Source of the DNA: Octopus sinensis
Lineage: Eukaryota
Assembly (NCBI RefSeq): GCF_006345805.1
Contig: NC_043000.1
Coordinates: 19,964,001-20,028,000 of the forward strand
Length of the DNA: 64,000 nt
Direction: 5' to 3'
Below the pieces are notes generated by a model. That model ran no database searches. It was not told the origin of the DNA and saw only the letters and a program-made list of their open reading frames with translations. This document shows positions 1 to 12,162 of the stretch, one piece after another. The translations under genes were made by a program, and so were the position numbers. Positions within the stretch are counted from its first letter, which is position 1. Every line of letters begins with the position of its first letter.

Positions 1-640
1 ACTGAAAATCTGCAGAAAACAACTTCCGTCACTTTCCAGGGGGAAAAACTAGAAGTATTTGATAGCTTCCATTATCTAGGTGACCAAGTCAGTAGCGGGG
101 GTGGGTGTGCTGAAAGTGTAACTGCTAGAGTAAGAATAGCCTGGGCAAAGTTCAGGGAGCTCTTACCTCCGCTGGTGACTAAAGGCCTCTCGCTCAGAGT
201 AAAAGGCAGACTGTATGATGCATGTGTACGAACAGCCATGCTATATGGCAGTGAAACATGGGTCGTGACTGCTGAGGATATGCGTAAGCTCACGAGGAAT
301 GAAGCCAGTATGCTCCGATGGATGTGTAATGTCAGTGTGCATACTTGACAGAGTGTAAATAGCTTGAGAGAAAAGTTGGACCTAAGAAGCATCAGATGTG
401 GCATATAGAAGAGACGACTGCGCTGGTATGTTCATGTAGTGAGAATGGGTGAGGATAGCTGTGTGAAAAAGTGCCACACCCTAGCGGTTAAGGGAAACTG
501 TGGAAGAGGTAGATGTAAGAAGACCTGGGATGAAGTAGTGAAGCATGACCTTTGAACATTAGGCCTCACCAAGGCAATGACTAGTGACCAAAACTTTTGA
601 AAATATACTCTGACAGATTCACCTTGAGCTAAATAAACAT
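1..640 (+). mobile_element. RTE-clade LINE 3' fragment (degenerate)
   Basis: Translates to the RT C-terminus (FHYLGDQVSSGGG..ARVRIAWAKFRELLP..KGRLYDACVRTAMLYGSETW) with stops; same family as 3212-4780. Confidence 0.88.
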
Positions 641-1536
641 CAAGAACAATAACAACTAGTGAAGCTGTGAATATCACTGGAGAAAGCCACAGATGTCACT
701 AGTAGGTGAGATGAGAGCAAGCAAAGTTAGCAAAGGTATTGTGTTTATGCTTGCAGAAGATCATGCTGTACGTGTGAGATAGATAATAAAGACAATGATA
801 ATGATGGTAGTGGTTATAATGATGAAGATAATGTGGTGATGCTGAATTTTGTTTAAAAGTATAATAAAAGTAGAAATAAAAAAAAGAGTACTATACAATT
901 CCAAATTATTCAGTTGTTGATTAAAAATAAAACTAATCTAGGAACTTGAGAGGAATTTTAATAATATTAACTAAAGACAACTTCAAGATCATGATTTCAA
1001 AATCTTCCCACAGTAAATGGACATATAAGCTGAAAAACAATGGAATGTCTGAAATACTGTATTAACTAATTGGGAAATACAAGGAACATGAATGGAAGTG
1101 TGTGTGTGTGCGTGTGTGTGTGCGCGCATGCGTGCGTGCATGTGTATCTACAGCCTAAACACTTAACATTCACAGATAAAGTCTACATAGCTGTTAAATG
1201 TGATACAGGTTAATTAGCTTGAACTAGATGCCACAGAGTGAGTATATAACAACAACGTATAGCGAATGAGTTATTCATTGTTTTGCAACACTGAGTTCAT
1301 TTCCCACTGTGGAGAAAGTTACCTGCAATAGACTAGCATTCAAGAGGATCAATGACTCTCACCTGTCTCTCAGTATGGTAACTGCAGATAAACATTAGCT
1401 CATGAAGCTTTATGATTCCAAAAAGAACTGTATTGGCCTAGTGTCAGACATGTGTTATTGCATGACCATGAAACATGGACAATAAATACCAAAGACCAGG
1501 AATTATTTAAAAAAGAATAAGCCAAATATGCATATT

Positions 1537-1766
1537 AGCCCTTTAGCATTTAAACTAACCATATCTGGCCCAAATTTTCTATTTGTTTTATGTTCAAGCC
1601 AGTAAGATCCAGCCTCTCACACTTACCCTACAATGTCATTCTAAAAATACAAAAATCACATCATTAAAATCTCAACGGTATGAGATAAATAATGCATGAT
1701 TTATTCAAACCAATGTGACTAAGTAAGCATTACATTTGACAGAATAATCTGAATGTTAAGAGGTTA
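1537..1766. mobile_element. piggyBac-type MITE (degenerate)
   Basis: About 230 bp with ends resembling TTAACCCTTT...AAAGGGTTAA. Related copies at about 20559-20783, 30173-30366 and 45081-45305. Confidence 0.65.
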
Positions 1767-2054
1767 GACGTATAATGTGCACAACAAGTAATTATTAACA
1801 TTATCATGTCACCAAAAAATAGATTTGTGAATTTACCAGTCAATTTTTCTACAGGCCTGCCTTTTACTGCAGTTAAGCCTTATGGGATAAAACCAGAGTC
1901 TTGTTTTTTAATCGCCAAAATATGAAAATATTTCAAGTGATGGGTGTCAACTACCTTAACTGAGTAATTGTGCACGAGAAAGACAAGTTAAATACAAGTG
2001 AGTTATGAAAGTTATTGATTTCAAAGTATTGGTTGTTGGTCAATCTACCTAGAC

Positions 2055-2347
2055 CAGTGGTTCCTAAATTTTTTAGGGATGCTGCCCCCTCGGCACCTAG
2101 GCCATATTCCTAGCGTTGCCCCCCCCCCACATCACCATCTCAAATGTAGACCACATTCTTGCAGCAAATTCAAAACAACTATATTTCACAAATAAAATTT
2201 AATTTAACCTATTATTTTGTCATTTTTACATTCATTGCCCTCTTTTGGCCACCCCATTATTGCTTGACTTTTCTTCAATGCTCTGCACCCTGGATGTTTC
2301 CACTGCCCCCAGTGGTGGGGCAGTACTGCCTATTTTGGGAACCACTG
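2055..2347. mobile_element. hAT (Charlie/Buster-like) MITE
   Basis: TIRs CAGTGGTTCC...GGAACCACTG; 8-bp TSD acctagac/atctagac with a central TA. Confidence 0.85.
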
Positions 2348-3211
2348 ATCTAGACTGTTGACTGCATTAGTCTGGACAACAGTTTCAAATAGACAATGAA
2401 TGGCGTATTTTGGGTGACAAGAGTTAAACCAATGAAGACATGTTAGACGGTTACATATCAAGACATCATACAAGAATAACAGGACAGTGGCAGGGGAACA
2501 GGATGATAGATTAATGCTGACTGTAATTTAACTATCAAAACTATATCAATAAAGAAAATATTTGCATGATTACTCATATCATGAGAAAAATCTGTGTATT
2601 AACAAGATTTCAGCAAGTCTGAAGTCTAAGCTATAGAACTGTAGCTCTAAACAAGATATCTTTTCTGAAGATCAAATAATTTCAGCATTGTTTACCACCA
2701 ACTAGTTCCCCTGCCAAAAACCAGCAAAACTAGTTTTGGGAGATTTTTAATAAAAATCAACAGGATTGTGATAATGATGAGTTATGCTAACTAGTTATGC
2801 TTGTTTTTTTTCTTCTTTTTTTTTCTTTTTTTTTTTGTGCTGTTTAGTTTCAGATCAAACCTGACCCAGCAGACTGATAATCAAAAATGTTCCAGCTGCG
2901 ACCATCCCAAGATTTTATGAATTTGTAGGGCTATATTATTTAATGTGTTCTATTTTTATGAGAGATGAATGTGATTTGAGTGAGATCTGGGTGTTATTTC
3001 TAGCCAGTTGAGTGAACATATTAAAGCTCTTTCATTGCCTTTTGCCAGAGAAATTATTTAACTTATGGTATACAACAAATACTTTCAAATTTATCTTTCA
3101 GTCTTGAAGTTTCATAATATAAATATATAAAAAAATAAATTTGGATTACAGTAAAGACTATCAACACAACTAAATTTCAGATAGAATGAATAATTAACCT
3201 TATAAAAACCT

Positions 3212-5703
3212 TACATCATTGCTGAAATGCTTGAAATATCTGGTGGTGTAGGCTATAGTCTAGTCACCCTTATAGTTAACCAGGTGATACATGAAGGAGT
3301 CATACCCAATGACTGGTGTAGCAATACCATAATCAACTGCTACAAAGGTAAAGGTAACGTCTTGGATAGGAATAATTACAGAGGTATCAAATTGTTAGCT
3401 CAGGTGATGAAAGTCACGGAGAGGATCATAGCCCAACTAATTAGGGGGAGAGTTAATTTAGATGAGATGCAGTTTGGTTTCGTGCAAGGGAGAAGCACCA
3501 CTGATGCTATATTTCTGGTAAGACAGCTGCAGGAGAAATTCCTAGCCAAAGATAAACCTCTGTACTTGGCTTTTGTTGACATGGAAGAAGCCTTTGACAG
3601 GATCCCGTGATCCCTTATCTGGTGGTCAATGCGGAAGCTAGGGATAGATGAGTGGTTGGTGAGAGCTGTACAGGGATGCTGTCAGTAAGGCGAGGGTTGG
3701 CAATGAGTATAGCAAAGAATTCTGAGTAGAAGTAGAGGTTCACCAAGGATTAGTCCTCAGACCACTTTTGTTCATCATAGTGTGCCAGGCAATAACAGAG
3801 GAATTCAAGACAGGCTGCTCCTGGGAGCTCCTCTATGTTGATAACCTTGCTCTAATAGGTGAGTCACTACTACAACTAGAGAAGAAGTTTCAGGTGTGGA
3901 AGCAAGGTCTAGAATTGAAGGGCCTTAGAGTTAACCTAGCAAAAACCAAAGTCTTAGTAAATAGGAAGGCAGACAAATCACAAATCTCTTCACATAGATG
4001 GCCCTGCTCAATCTGTAGAAAAGACATAGGCAAAAACTCCATAAGATGTACCTGGCATAAGCTATAGACACATAAGAAGTGCAGCAATATCAAAGGAAGG
4101 TTAACTGGGAAGATAGCTTTTGTATGTGGCAGATGCACAGGAGCAATAAGCACTGAAGATGTACAGAAAACAGATTCCATCACATGCCAGGGGAAAAAAC
4201 TAGAAGTAGTTGGTAGCTTCTGTTACCTATTTACCAAGTCAGTAGTGGGGGTGGATGCTCTGAGAGTATAGCTGCTAGAATAAGAATAACTTGGGCAAAG
4301 TTCAGAGAGCTCCTACCTCTGCTGGTAACAAAGGGCCTCTCACTCAGAGTAAAAGGTAGACTGTATGATGCCTGTGTGCGAACAGCCATGCTACACTACA
4401 GTGGAATATGGGCTGTGACTGCTGAGGACATGTGTAAGCTTGGAAGAAATGAAGCTAGTATGCTCCACTGGATGTGTAATGTCAGTGTGCATACACAACA
4501 GAATGTAAGTACCCTGAGAGAAAAGTTGGACATAAGAAGCATCAGATGTGTGCAAGAGAGATGACTGTGTTGGTATGGTCATGTGATATGTATGGAAGAA
4601 AACAGCTGCGTGAAGAAGTGTCACACACCTAACAGTGGAGGGAACCTGTAGAAGAGGTAGACTCAGGAAGATGATGAAGCATGACCTTTGAATGTTGGGC
4701 CTCACAGAGACAATAAGTGACCAAGACCTTAGAAGATATGCCATGCTTGAGAAGACCCAGCAAGCTAAGTGAGATCATAGTCATGGCCGATACCAGTGTC
4801 ACATAACTGACCTATTTAAAAAAACACCTTTCAACCGTTGGGCAATATGCTGTGCCTGTGAAGTCCTGTTGAACTCATAGTGAAATCATAGTCATGGCTG
4901 ATGATAGTGCTGCCTAAATGTCACCTATGCCGGTGGTACGTAAAAAGCACCATTCAAGTGTGGACAATGTTAGTGCCGCTACACTTCCAAGCAAAAGCAA
5001 CATGCTGTCATTAAGTTCTTGATAAAGGAGCATCTAACATCTACCCAAGACGATAGATTGCTTGTAAAGATGATGCCAATAACAAGAGGCAAGTGCACAA
5101 ATTGAGTGTTGTCACAATGAATTAAGTAAATGCCTTGACCCACCTCAATACAGTTGTTATACTGTCCATAGGTTATGATATAGCTTTACATTTTTTCATT
5201 TTGTTATGCAATCTCTGATGATTTGATATAATAGTCTGCTTATGAGGTATTTCCACATATAACAGATATTGTTGTTTATGATATACATGTTAGCGTCGTT
5301 ACCAGCGTCGCCTTACTGGCATTTGTGCCTGTGCTAGTAGGGTGCCAAGAGCACCATCCAAGCGTGATCATTGCCAGAGCAGCCTACTGCCTTCCATGCC
5401 AGTGGGCACGTAAAAGGGCACCATTTGAGCGTGAACGTTACCAAAGTCGCCTTCTGGCACCTGTGCTGGTGGCATGTATATAAGGATTCGAGCGAGGTCG
5501 TTGCTAGTACCGCCTGACTGGGCACGTAAAAGCACCCACTACACTCTCGGAGTGGCTAGCGTTAGAAAGGGCATCCAGCTGTAGAAAATCTGCCAAATCA
5601 AGACTGGAGCCTGGTGCAGCCATCTGGTTCGCCAGCCCTCAGTCAAAATCGTCCAACCCATGCTAGCATGAAAAGCAGACGTTAAACGATGATGATGATG
5701 ATG
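3212..5703 (+). mobile_element. RTE-clade LINE, 5'-truncated, with decayed RT ORF, 3' UTR and (GAT)n tail
   Basis: RT motifs YKGKG..NYRGIKLL, QFGFVQGRSTTDAIF, AFVDMEEAFD, LLYVDNL (YADD-like), followed by a Cys-rich insert. Contains stops and frameshifts, and ends in gatgatgatg. Confidence 0.92.
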
Positions 5704-5949
5704 TCAGAATGTATTGAACAAACTTAAAAATTTGTTTCCAAATTTGTTTCGTATATGTACTGTATTCAAAATATCAAAATGGAACTACAATAAAGAACAT
5801 AGAATAATAACTCGTTGGCACCTCACATATGGATCTTTTGATGTATAACCAAAGATATGGAGTTCTAAACATTGGTTATATGTTGTGATCAATATAACAC
5901 ACCACAAAATTATAAGCATATGTGTGTGTATATTTGTGTGTCTATGGGA

Positions 5950-7135
5950 AACAGCCTAGTCACCCATATAGTTAATCAGGTTAATCATCCATATAGTTAA
6001 TCAGTTATTAGAAGGTGTCATGTCCAACAACATGTGCAGCAGCATTATAGTCAACTATACAAAGGTAAAGGAGATGCCTTAGATAGAAGTAATTATAGAG
6101 GTATCAAATTGCTGAACCAGGTCATGAAAGTTACGAAACAAGTTATAGAACATTTAATTAGGAAGAGTATTGCACTAGATGTGATTCAGTTTGGCATTAT
6201 GCCAGTGAGAAGTACTTCTTTCTAATAAGACAAGTGGAGAAGTATTTAATCAAGAGTAAGTCATTGTAGTGGGTATTTGTCAACCAGGAGAAAGCCTTTA
6301 ACAAGGTCCCTTATTCTGTGATCTTGTGGTCTCTGAGGAAGCTAGGAGTAGATGAATGACTGGTGCAAAACATACAAGTCATGTACAAAGGTCCTATCAA
6401 TAAGGTGTGGAAGTTGGCAAGAAGAACAGCAACAAATATAATGTATGGGTAAGAGTTCATGAAGGCCCATGTCTCAGCCCCCTCTTATTCTTCATAGTTC
6501 TCCAGGCCATAACAGAGGAATTTATTAAAGACCAGTAGTTGTGAGAACTACTATATGCTGATGACCTTATTCCTAAAGCAGAATAAGCAGTAGAATCAGA
6601 AAAGAAATTTTAGGTGAGGAAGCAAACTTGGAATCAAAGGGGCTTAAAGTTAATTTAGCAAAAACCAAACTTCTAGTAAGCAGGAAACCAGACAGGACTC
6701 TACTCTCCCAAGAAAATAGCCCTGCTCAAAATGTAAAAGAAGGTGCAGGTAGAAATTTCAACCTGTGGAAGAGGTAGAATCGGGAAGACATGGGATAAGG
6801 TAGTGAAGCATAATCTTCAAATGTTGGGTTTCATGGTGACAATGACAAGTGATCAAGACCTTTGGGAATTTGCTGTGCTTGAGAAGACTCATCAAGCCAA
6901 ATGAAATTATAGTCATGGCCAGTGCTGGTGACATGTAAAAGGCGCCCATGCCAGTGACAGATAAAAGGCACCCACTACACTCTTGAAGTGGTTGGTGTTA
7001 GGAAGGGCATCCATCCATAGAAACCAAGCCACATCAGACTAGAACCTGGTACATCTGTCTGGCTTACCAGTTCTAGTCAAACTGTTTAACCCATGCCAGC
7101 ATGGAAAACGGATGCTAAATGACAATGATGATGAC
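5950..7135 (+). mobile_element. Second degenerate RTE LINE copy with internal deletion
   Basis: Homologous to the 3212 copy (YKGKGDALDRSNYRGIKLL; ctatatgctgatgac = YADD). Jumps to the 3' end near 6760 and ends with a (GAT) tail. Confidence 0.85.
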
Positions 7136-7634
7136 TTATATACTTAGGATGAAGTAATGAGGGCTGACCTCAAGATGTTGGGACTCACAGAGGAGATGAC
7201 AATGGACTATGATGTCTGGTGATATGAGGTTCTTGAGAAGACCTGTCCAACTCAGCAAAACATGTAACATTAAATTTTTCACACACTATACCCCAATAAA
7301 TCAAACTACATCACCTCTTCTCCTCATTTTCACGTCTCCTCTTCTTCATGCATTATACTTATCTCTCTCTCTCCACTTTTGCAGCCCAATCGTGTTCTTC
7401 CCACCCTGCCAACTGTATCATTGCTATCCTGTCACCTCCTGCCCCATATACTTAGATTTCACCAATCACTACATTCCTCCCACCACTTTTGCATTCACAT
7501 GAACACCCTATTCATGCACCCTGGGCAATTCTCTACAATCCCATTTATATTCACATCCTTGTACCTTTAGAGTAATGTCTGGCACATTGCCACTACCTCT
7601 CTCGCACTCTATTGCTATCACTCTTGTTCTCTCT

Positions 7635-7638
<4 letters not shown>

Positions 7639-7712
<74 letters not shown>
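7639..7712. repeat. (CT)n microsatellite
   Basis: Long pure CT run that produces the spurious ER/LS ORFs. Confidence 0.97.
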
Positions 7713-7720
<8 letters not shown>

Positions 7721-7849
7721 GATTAAGGTAACCATGTATCTCCTCTACAACAACATATCTGTTTCTGTCCCACTGTCATACTCTAATCTCTCATCACCTG
7801 ATACAAAGCTACATCCTTCAATACCATCACCACCCGCTCAAAGGATCTT

Positions 7850-8398
7850 TGACTTGCAAGTTACTTGGTGACCTTGCCAGTGCTGGTGCCATGTAAATAG
7901 CATCCAGTCCACTCTGTAAAGTGAGTAGCATTTGGAATAGTATCCATCCATAAAACTCATATGAAAGCACAATTTGCCAGTGCTAGTGTCTACTCCTTAA
8001 AGAGGTTGGCATTAGGAAGGACAACTAGTGGTAAAAGAAAAACCATGCCAAAGCAGTCAATGGAGCTAGGCATAATCCTCTGGCTTACCAGCTCCTGTCA
8101 AACCATCCATCCTAAGCCAGCATGGAAGATAGATGTTACATAATGATCATATAGAAAGCACTATCCAAACGTGATTGATGCCAGGCCCACCTGACTAGCT
8201 CCTGTGCTAGTGGAACGTAAAAAGCACGCACTACACTCTCGGAGTGGTTGGTGTTAGAAAGGGCATCCAGCTGTAGAAACATTGCCACATCAGATTGGAG
8301 CCTGGTGCAGCCGCTGGCTTTCCAGACCCCAGTCAAACCATCCAAACCATACCAGCATGGAAAACGGATGTTAAATGATGATGATGATGATGACAATG

Positions 8399-8446
<48 letters not shown>

Positions 8447-8880
8447 GTATATATATATATACACATAATACATATATATGCTTATATGTATATATATTGA
8501 TATATAAAACACATGCTGGTGCCATAAAAAAGTACCCAGAACACACTGTAAAATGTTTGGCATTAAGAAGACATCCACCTGTAGAAACCATGCCAATGCT
8601 AACACTGGACCTCAATGCAGTTGTGTGGCATGCTGGACCAGTCAAACTATCCAACCCATGCCTGCATGGAAAATGGACATCGAATGATGATTGGCTTCCG
8701 TGCCGGTGGTACATAAAAAGCACCCTCTGTCCCTGTGCCGGTGGCACGTAAAAAGGACCTACTACACTCACGGAGTGGTTAGCATTAAGAAGGGCATCCA
8801 GCTGTAGAAACACTGCCAGATCACAGTCCAACCTATGCTAGCATGGAAAACGGACATTAAACGTTGATGATGATGATGAG
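7850..8880 (+). mobile_element. Tandem cluster of RTE-tail SINE-like repeats
   Basis: Four or more successive copies of ...ggagtggttggcgttaggaagggcatccagctgtagaaac...ccatgccagcatggaaaacggacgttaaatgatgatg, the same 3' end as the RTE LINEs. Confidence 0.82.
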
Positions 8881-8889
8881 TTTTTTTTT

Positions 8890-9066
8890 TTTTCTCTCCT
8901 TTTTTTTCTCTCTTTCTTTCTGTGTTTTTTTTCTCTCTGTGTATCTTTCTGCTCGAAACGTTAAAGACTTGTTTTATTTATATTTCCTGAGCGCCATACT
9001 AATACAATTGTTCGTTTGTTTTCCACCTGCCTTCGTCTTTTGTCTATTTTCATAAAGCTTCCCGTT
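8890..9066 (+). mobile_element. Penelope-like pseudo-LTR fragment with deleted hammerhead remnant
   Basis: tcttt-CTG..CTC-GAAACGTT-aaaga at 8944-8967 keeps stem I and the GAAA/minimal stem III but lacks most of the CUGANGA box; abuts a (TA)n run. Confidence 0.5.
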
Positions 9067-9784
9067 ATATATATATATATATGTATGCACACACACACAC
9101 ACACACACATTCATATATATACATATATATATATCATCATCATTATTTATTGTCCACTTTTCTATGTTCATATGGGTTGGACAGATTTGATGAGGTAACT
9201 TTTCTATAGCCAGATCTCCTTCCTGTTGCCAGCCCTCACCGGTTTTCAACCAAGATAATATTTCCCAGGGCCAGACATGTTTTTCACAAAAGACTAAAAA
9301 GTAAACAACATTGCTTGTATGATGATGTTCGTTTCCAGCCATCACATGATCTCAAGATAAGGTTACACACACACACACATACACATAAATATATACAATG
9401 GCCTTTTTTTCAGTTTCTGTTAACGAATTCCACTCACAAGGCTGTGGTCAGATTAGATTTATAGTAGAAGACATTTGCCCAGGGTGCTGTGCAGTGGGAC
9501 TGAACCTAAACCCATACAGCCACATTGATCACTAATGATAATAAACACATTTGACCTCTACTGACCCCAAGGGTGTGAGGCCTCTTTTGTCTCCTTATGG
9601 CACAGGAATGCCCATTGCTGACCTCCTCACCATCTGCCACATCTATTTACAATTTGGTCTGTTCACCAAGCTGCTTCTCTTCCTCCTACTATTCCCTTCA
9701 ACCCTCACATATTTACGATTATCTCAAGTACAAGACAAAAGCTGAGACTAAACAACATAATAATACATTTTAATAATAAATGGA

Positions 9785-9824
<40 letters not shown>

Positions 9825-9849
9825 TAATAATAATAATAATAATAAGCCA

Positions 9850-10770
9850 AAACTCATGTCAGATCAAAGGAAATATTAACAATGACAAATAATAAAAAAA
9901 ATGAAAATAATAATATTAGTAATGATAATAATAATAATAAAAGGAGCCGGTTGGAATCTCCCCATGTCCTGATTGATGATACATCTAGTGATGGTGTTAC
10001 AATAAAAACACTGGTAATTGCGCAACCTGATAATCACTACCTCATGAGTGACAATGAAAAAACAAAATATGGTTAATAACGGTGGTAATGAAACTGAAGC
10101 CACTGATGGTGACAGTGTTGCACCCAGCAGGTTCAGAGATACTGGTCCGACTTCCAGCCTGTCGTTATCCAGCAAGGGACCAGCTCACACAATGTAGATT
10201 GAACAAACAAGTCAATGCTGTGGTCATGGAGTGTTACTACCTGAGCAACCCTGTAGACAAAAATGGTGTTCATATCAGGGGACCGACAAAGTGTGTATGA
10301 TCAATGGAGAGAAAGAGGATTGTTTCAACTCACAGAACAGAGATTATGTGATCAAGCTGGAGCAATAAGAAAAAAATCGCTGGTTCACAGAAGTAGTGCT
10401 CACAGCTATCAAAAGACAGGTATTGGAAAACAGCAGCAGAGGAAACAATGAAAATATACTTTTCACTGATAAAAGTAATCTCATAGCAGAAAACAGAGGT
10501 GAGATCTCTAATAAACCACAGGAAAGGGACAGTGATAGCTTGCTTGATGAGAGACATATAGATGGTCTGGAAGAAGACAGTAAAACTAATGGTGACATAA
10601 CAGATGGGCAACAGGCAATCTACGACAGAATAAAGGCTAGGCTATAGGAGAATGATATTGACATTATATGCAACCTTAAAATGGCTGATCGGTGGAAATT
10701 GAACCAAGAAACAAAAAATGTGAATTAAATTCTGAAATACATCAAAATAAAAAACATCACAGAACAATAT
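9850..10770 (+). mobile_element. Dong/R4-like non-LTR retrotransposon 5' fragment
   Basis: Frameshifted peptides NKQVNAVVMECYYLSNPVD..RQSVYDQWRERGLFQLTEQRLCDQAGAIRK..LTAIKRQV resemble the R4/Dong N-terminal domain. It starts directly after a (TAA)n array at 9787-9844. Confidence 0.7.
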
Positions 10771-10922
10771 TCTACAAAAACATGTCTGACCAGGGAGAAA
10801 TAGTACCTTGCTTAGAAACAAATGAATGTTGGCAACAGGAAGGGCATCCAACTCTAGAATACCTGCCTTAATAGGTTTTGTCTAATCTACGCAAGCATGA
10901 TAACATGGACATTAAAACAATG

Positions 10923-10953
<31 letters not shown>

Positions 10954-11909
10954 CATAAATATGCAAGTACAAGAGTCAGCATGACTGCATGCGCATGTGT
11001 GCGTATGCATGTGTGTGTGTGTGTATGCGTGTGCGTTACGTGTGTGCATGTGAGTGATCACATCATATTCCTTTACTATTTATGTGAAGCTGCCTACTGT
11101 CAATTAAATATATCAACACTATCATCATCATCATCATCATCACACATACATACATATATACATGCACACATGCAGACGCACATGTGTCTGCAGGCATATG
11201 TGAGTATGTATTCTTCCCATTCTCTTTGTAGTAGTGCCCTTTAATTAAATATGTACAGCGCTTAACAGTGTTTTTTTACATTTGTTTAGAGGGGGGGGTA
11301 GCTTATTTTTTTTTTTTTTGTGGGAGGAGAGGCGTATGAACAGCTTTTAATTTTAGGTTATGGATTTGTAAACGTTTGGATGAAGAAATAATTTTACTTC
11401 ATTGATTGAACGTTCTTCTTAACACTAACTACTCAACTGTGAAGTTAGAATTCTACTATCACCCAATGAAACTGAAACAAACAGAAATTTCTAGATGAAT
11501 TGTAATTTGAGGTTAAAATGGGGGGGGGGGATTATATTATCAGTTATAATAATGACTACAATAAAATGAAAATGATGATGATGATGAAGCTGATGATGAT
11601 AATGAAGATGATTGTAGTAAAATGATAAATAATATATTTATTACAGCAGTTGCACAGCCAACTTCTTTTGCACAAGCTATCACTACCATTCTTAAAATAG
11701 GTCACAGCAATCATAACTAGCTTCAGACAAATAAGCAAGATCTATTTTAAGCCTTTCGATTTTATCAAAAATCAATGAGTAACTGGTTTCTAATCGATAA
11801 ATTCCGCAACAGAAAAAGATCAATGGTTGGTGAATAGATGAAATGAACAGCACAAATGTAAGGGAGATAATCGTTAACAAGGGAGATAAGAAAGACTATG
11901 AATACTGAC

Positions 11910-12162
11910 CCATTCTTAATGTGTAAAATGGGAGCCTGTTGTATTGCAGTTTCCAAAATAAGTCCCACATCGTTCACGTTAACAGGGGCTAGTGATACCT
12001 GCCCAACACCTAGCTGCCCACTGGTTTGACTCCTCTCCTGTTCTTGTAAATGTAACAATGCCAGATCACCAGCTTTTTCAAAATAATGAATTATCTTCTC
12101 CTCTTTCTCAGCAGCTTTAAATTTGCTAGTGGTTGCTGGGGGCATCCGTTCCAAGCAAAGAC
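11910..12162 (-). CDS. TTC7B: TTC7-family coding exon 4 (gene continues beyond the left edge)
   Basis: Acceptor ttatAG and donor GTCAGT; 253 nt, phase 1 to 2. Encodes (G)LCLERMPP...YFEKAGDLALLHLQE...GLILETAIQQAPILHIKNG, similar to TTC7B CYEKAGDIALLYLQE...GFFLETGLQRAHVLYFKNG. Confidence 0.93.

Noticed and set aside
7508-7871. ORFs with ER or LS dipeptide repeats
   Set aside because: They are translations of the (CT)n microsatellite. The same applies to the many YI, HT, CV, poly-N and poly-D ORFs across the window.
1-11909. TTC7 exon 5
   Set aside because: I found no phase-2 exon resembling the next conserved TTC7 block, so it probably lies left of the window. A highly diverged exon could have been missed by eye.
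11765-12154. 129-aa single-exon ORF
   Set aside because: It is TTC7 exon 4 plus intronic read-through; similarity stops at the GT donor at 11909.
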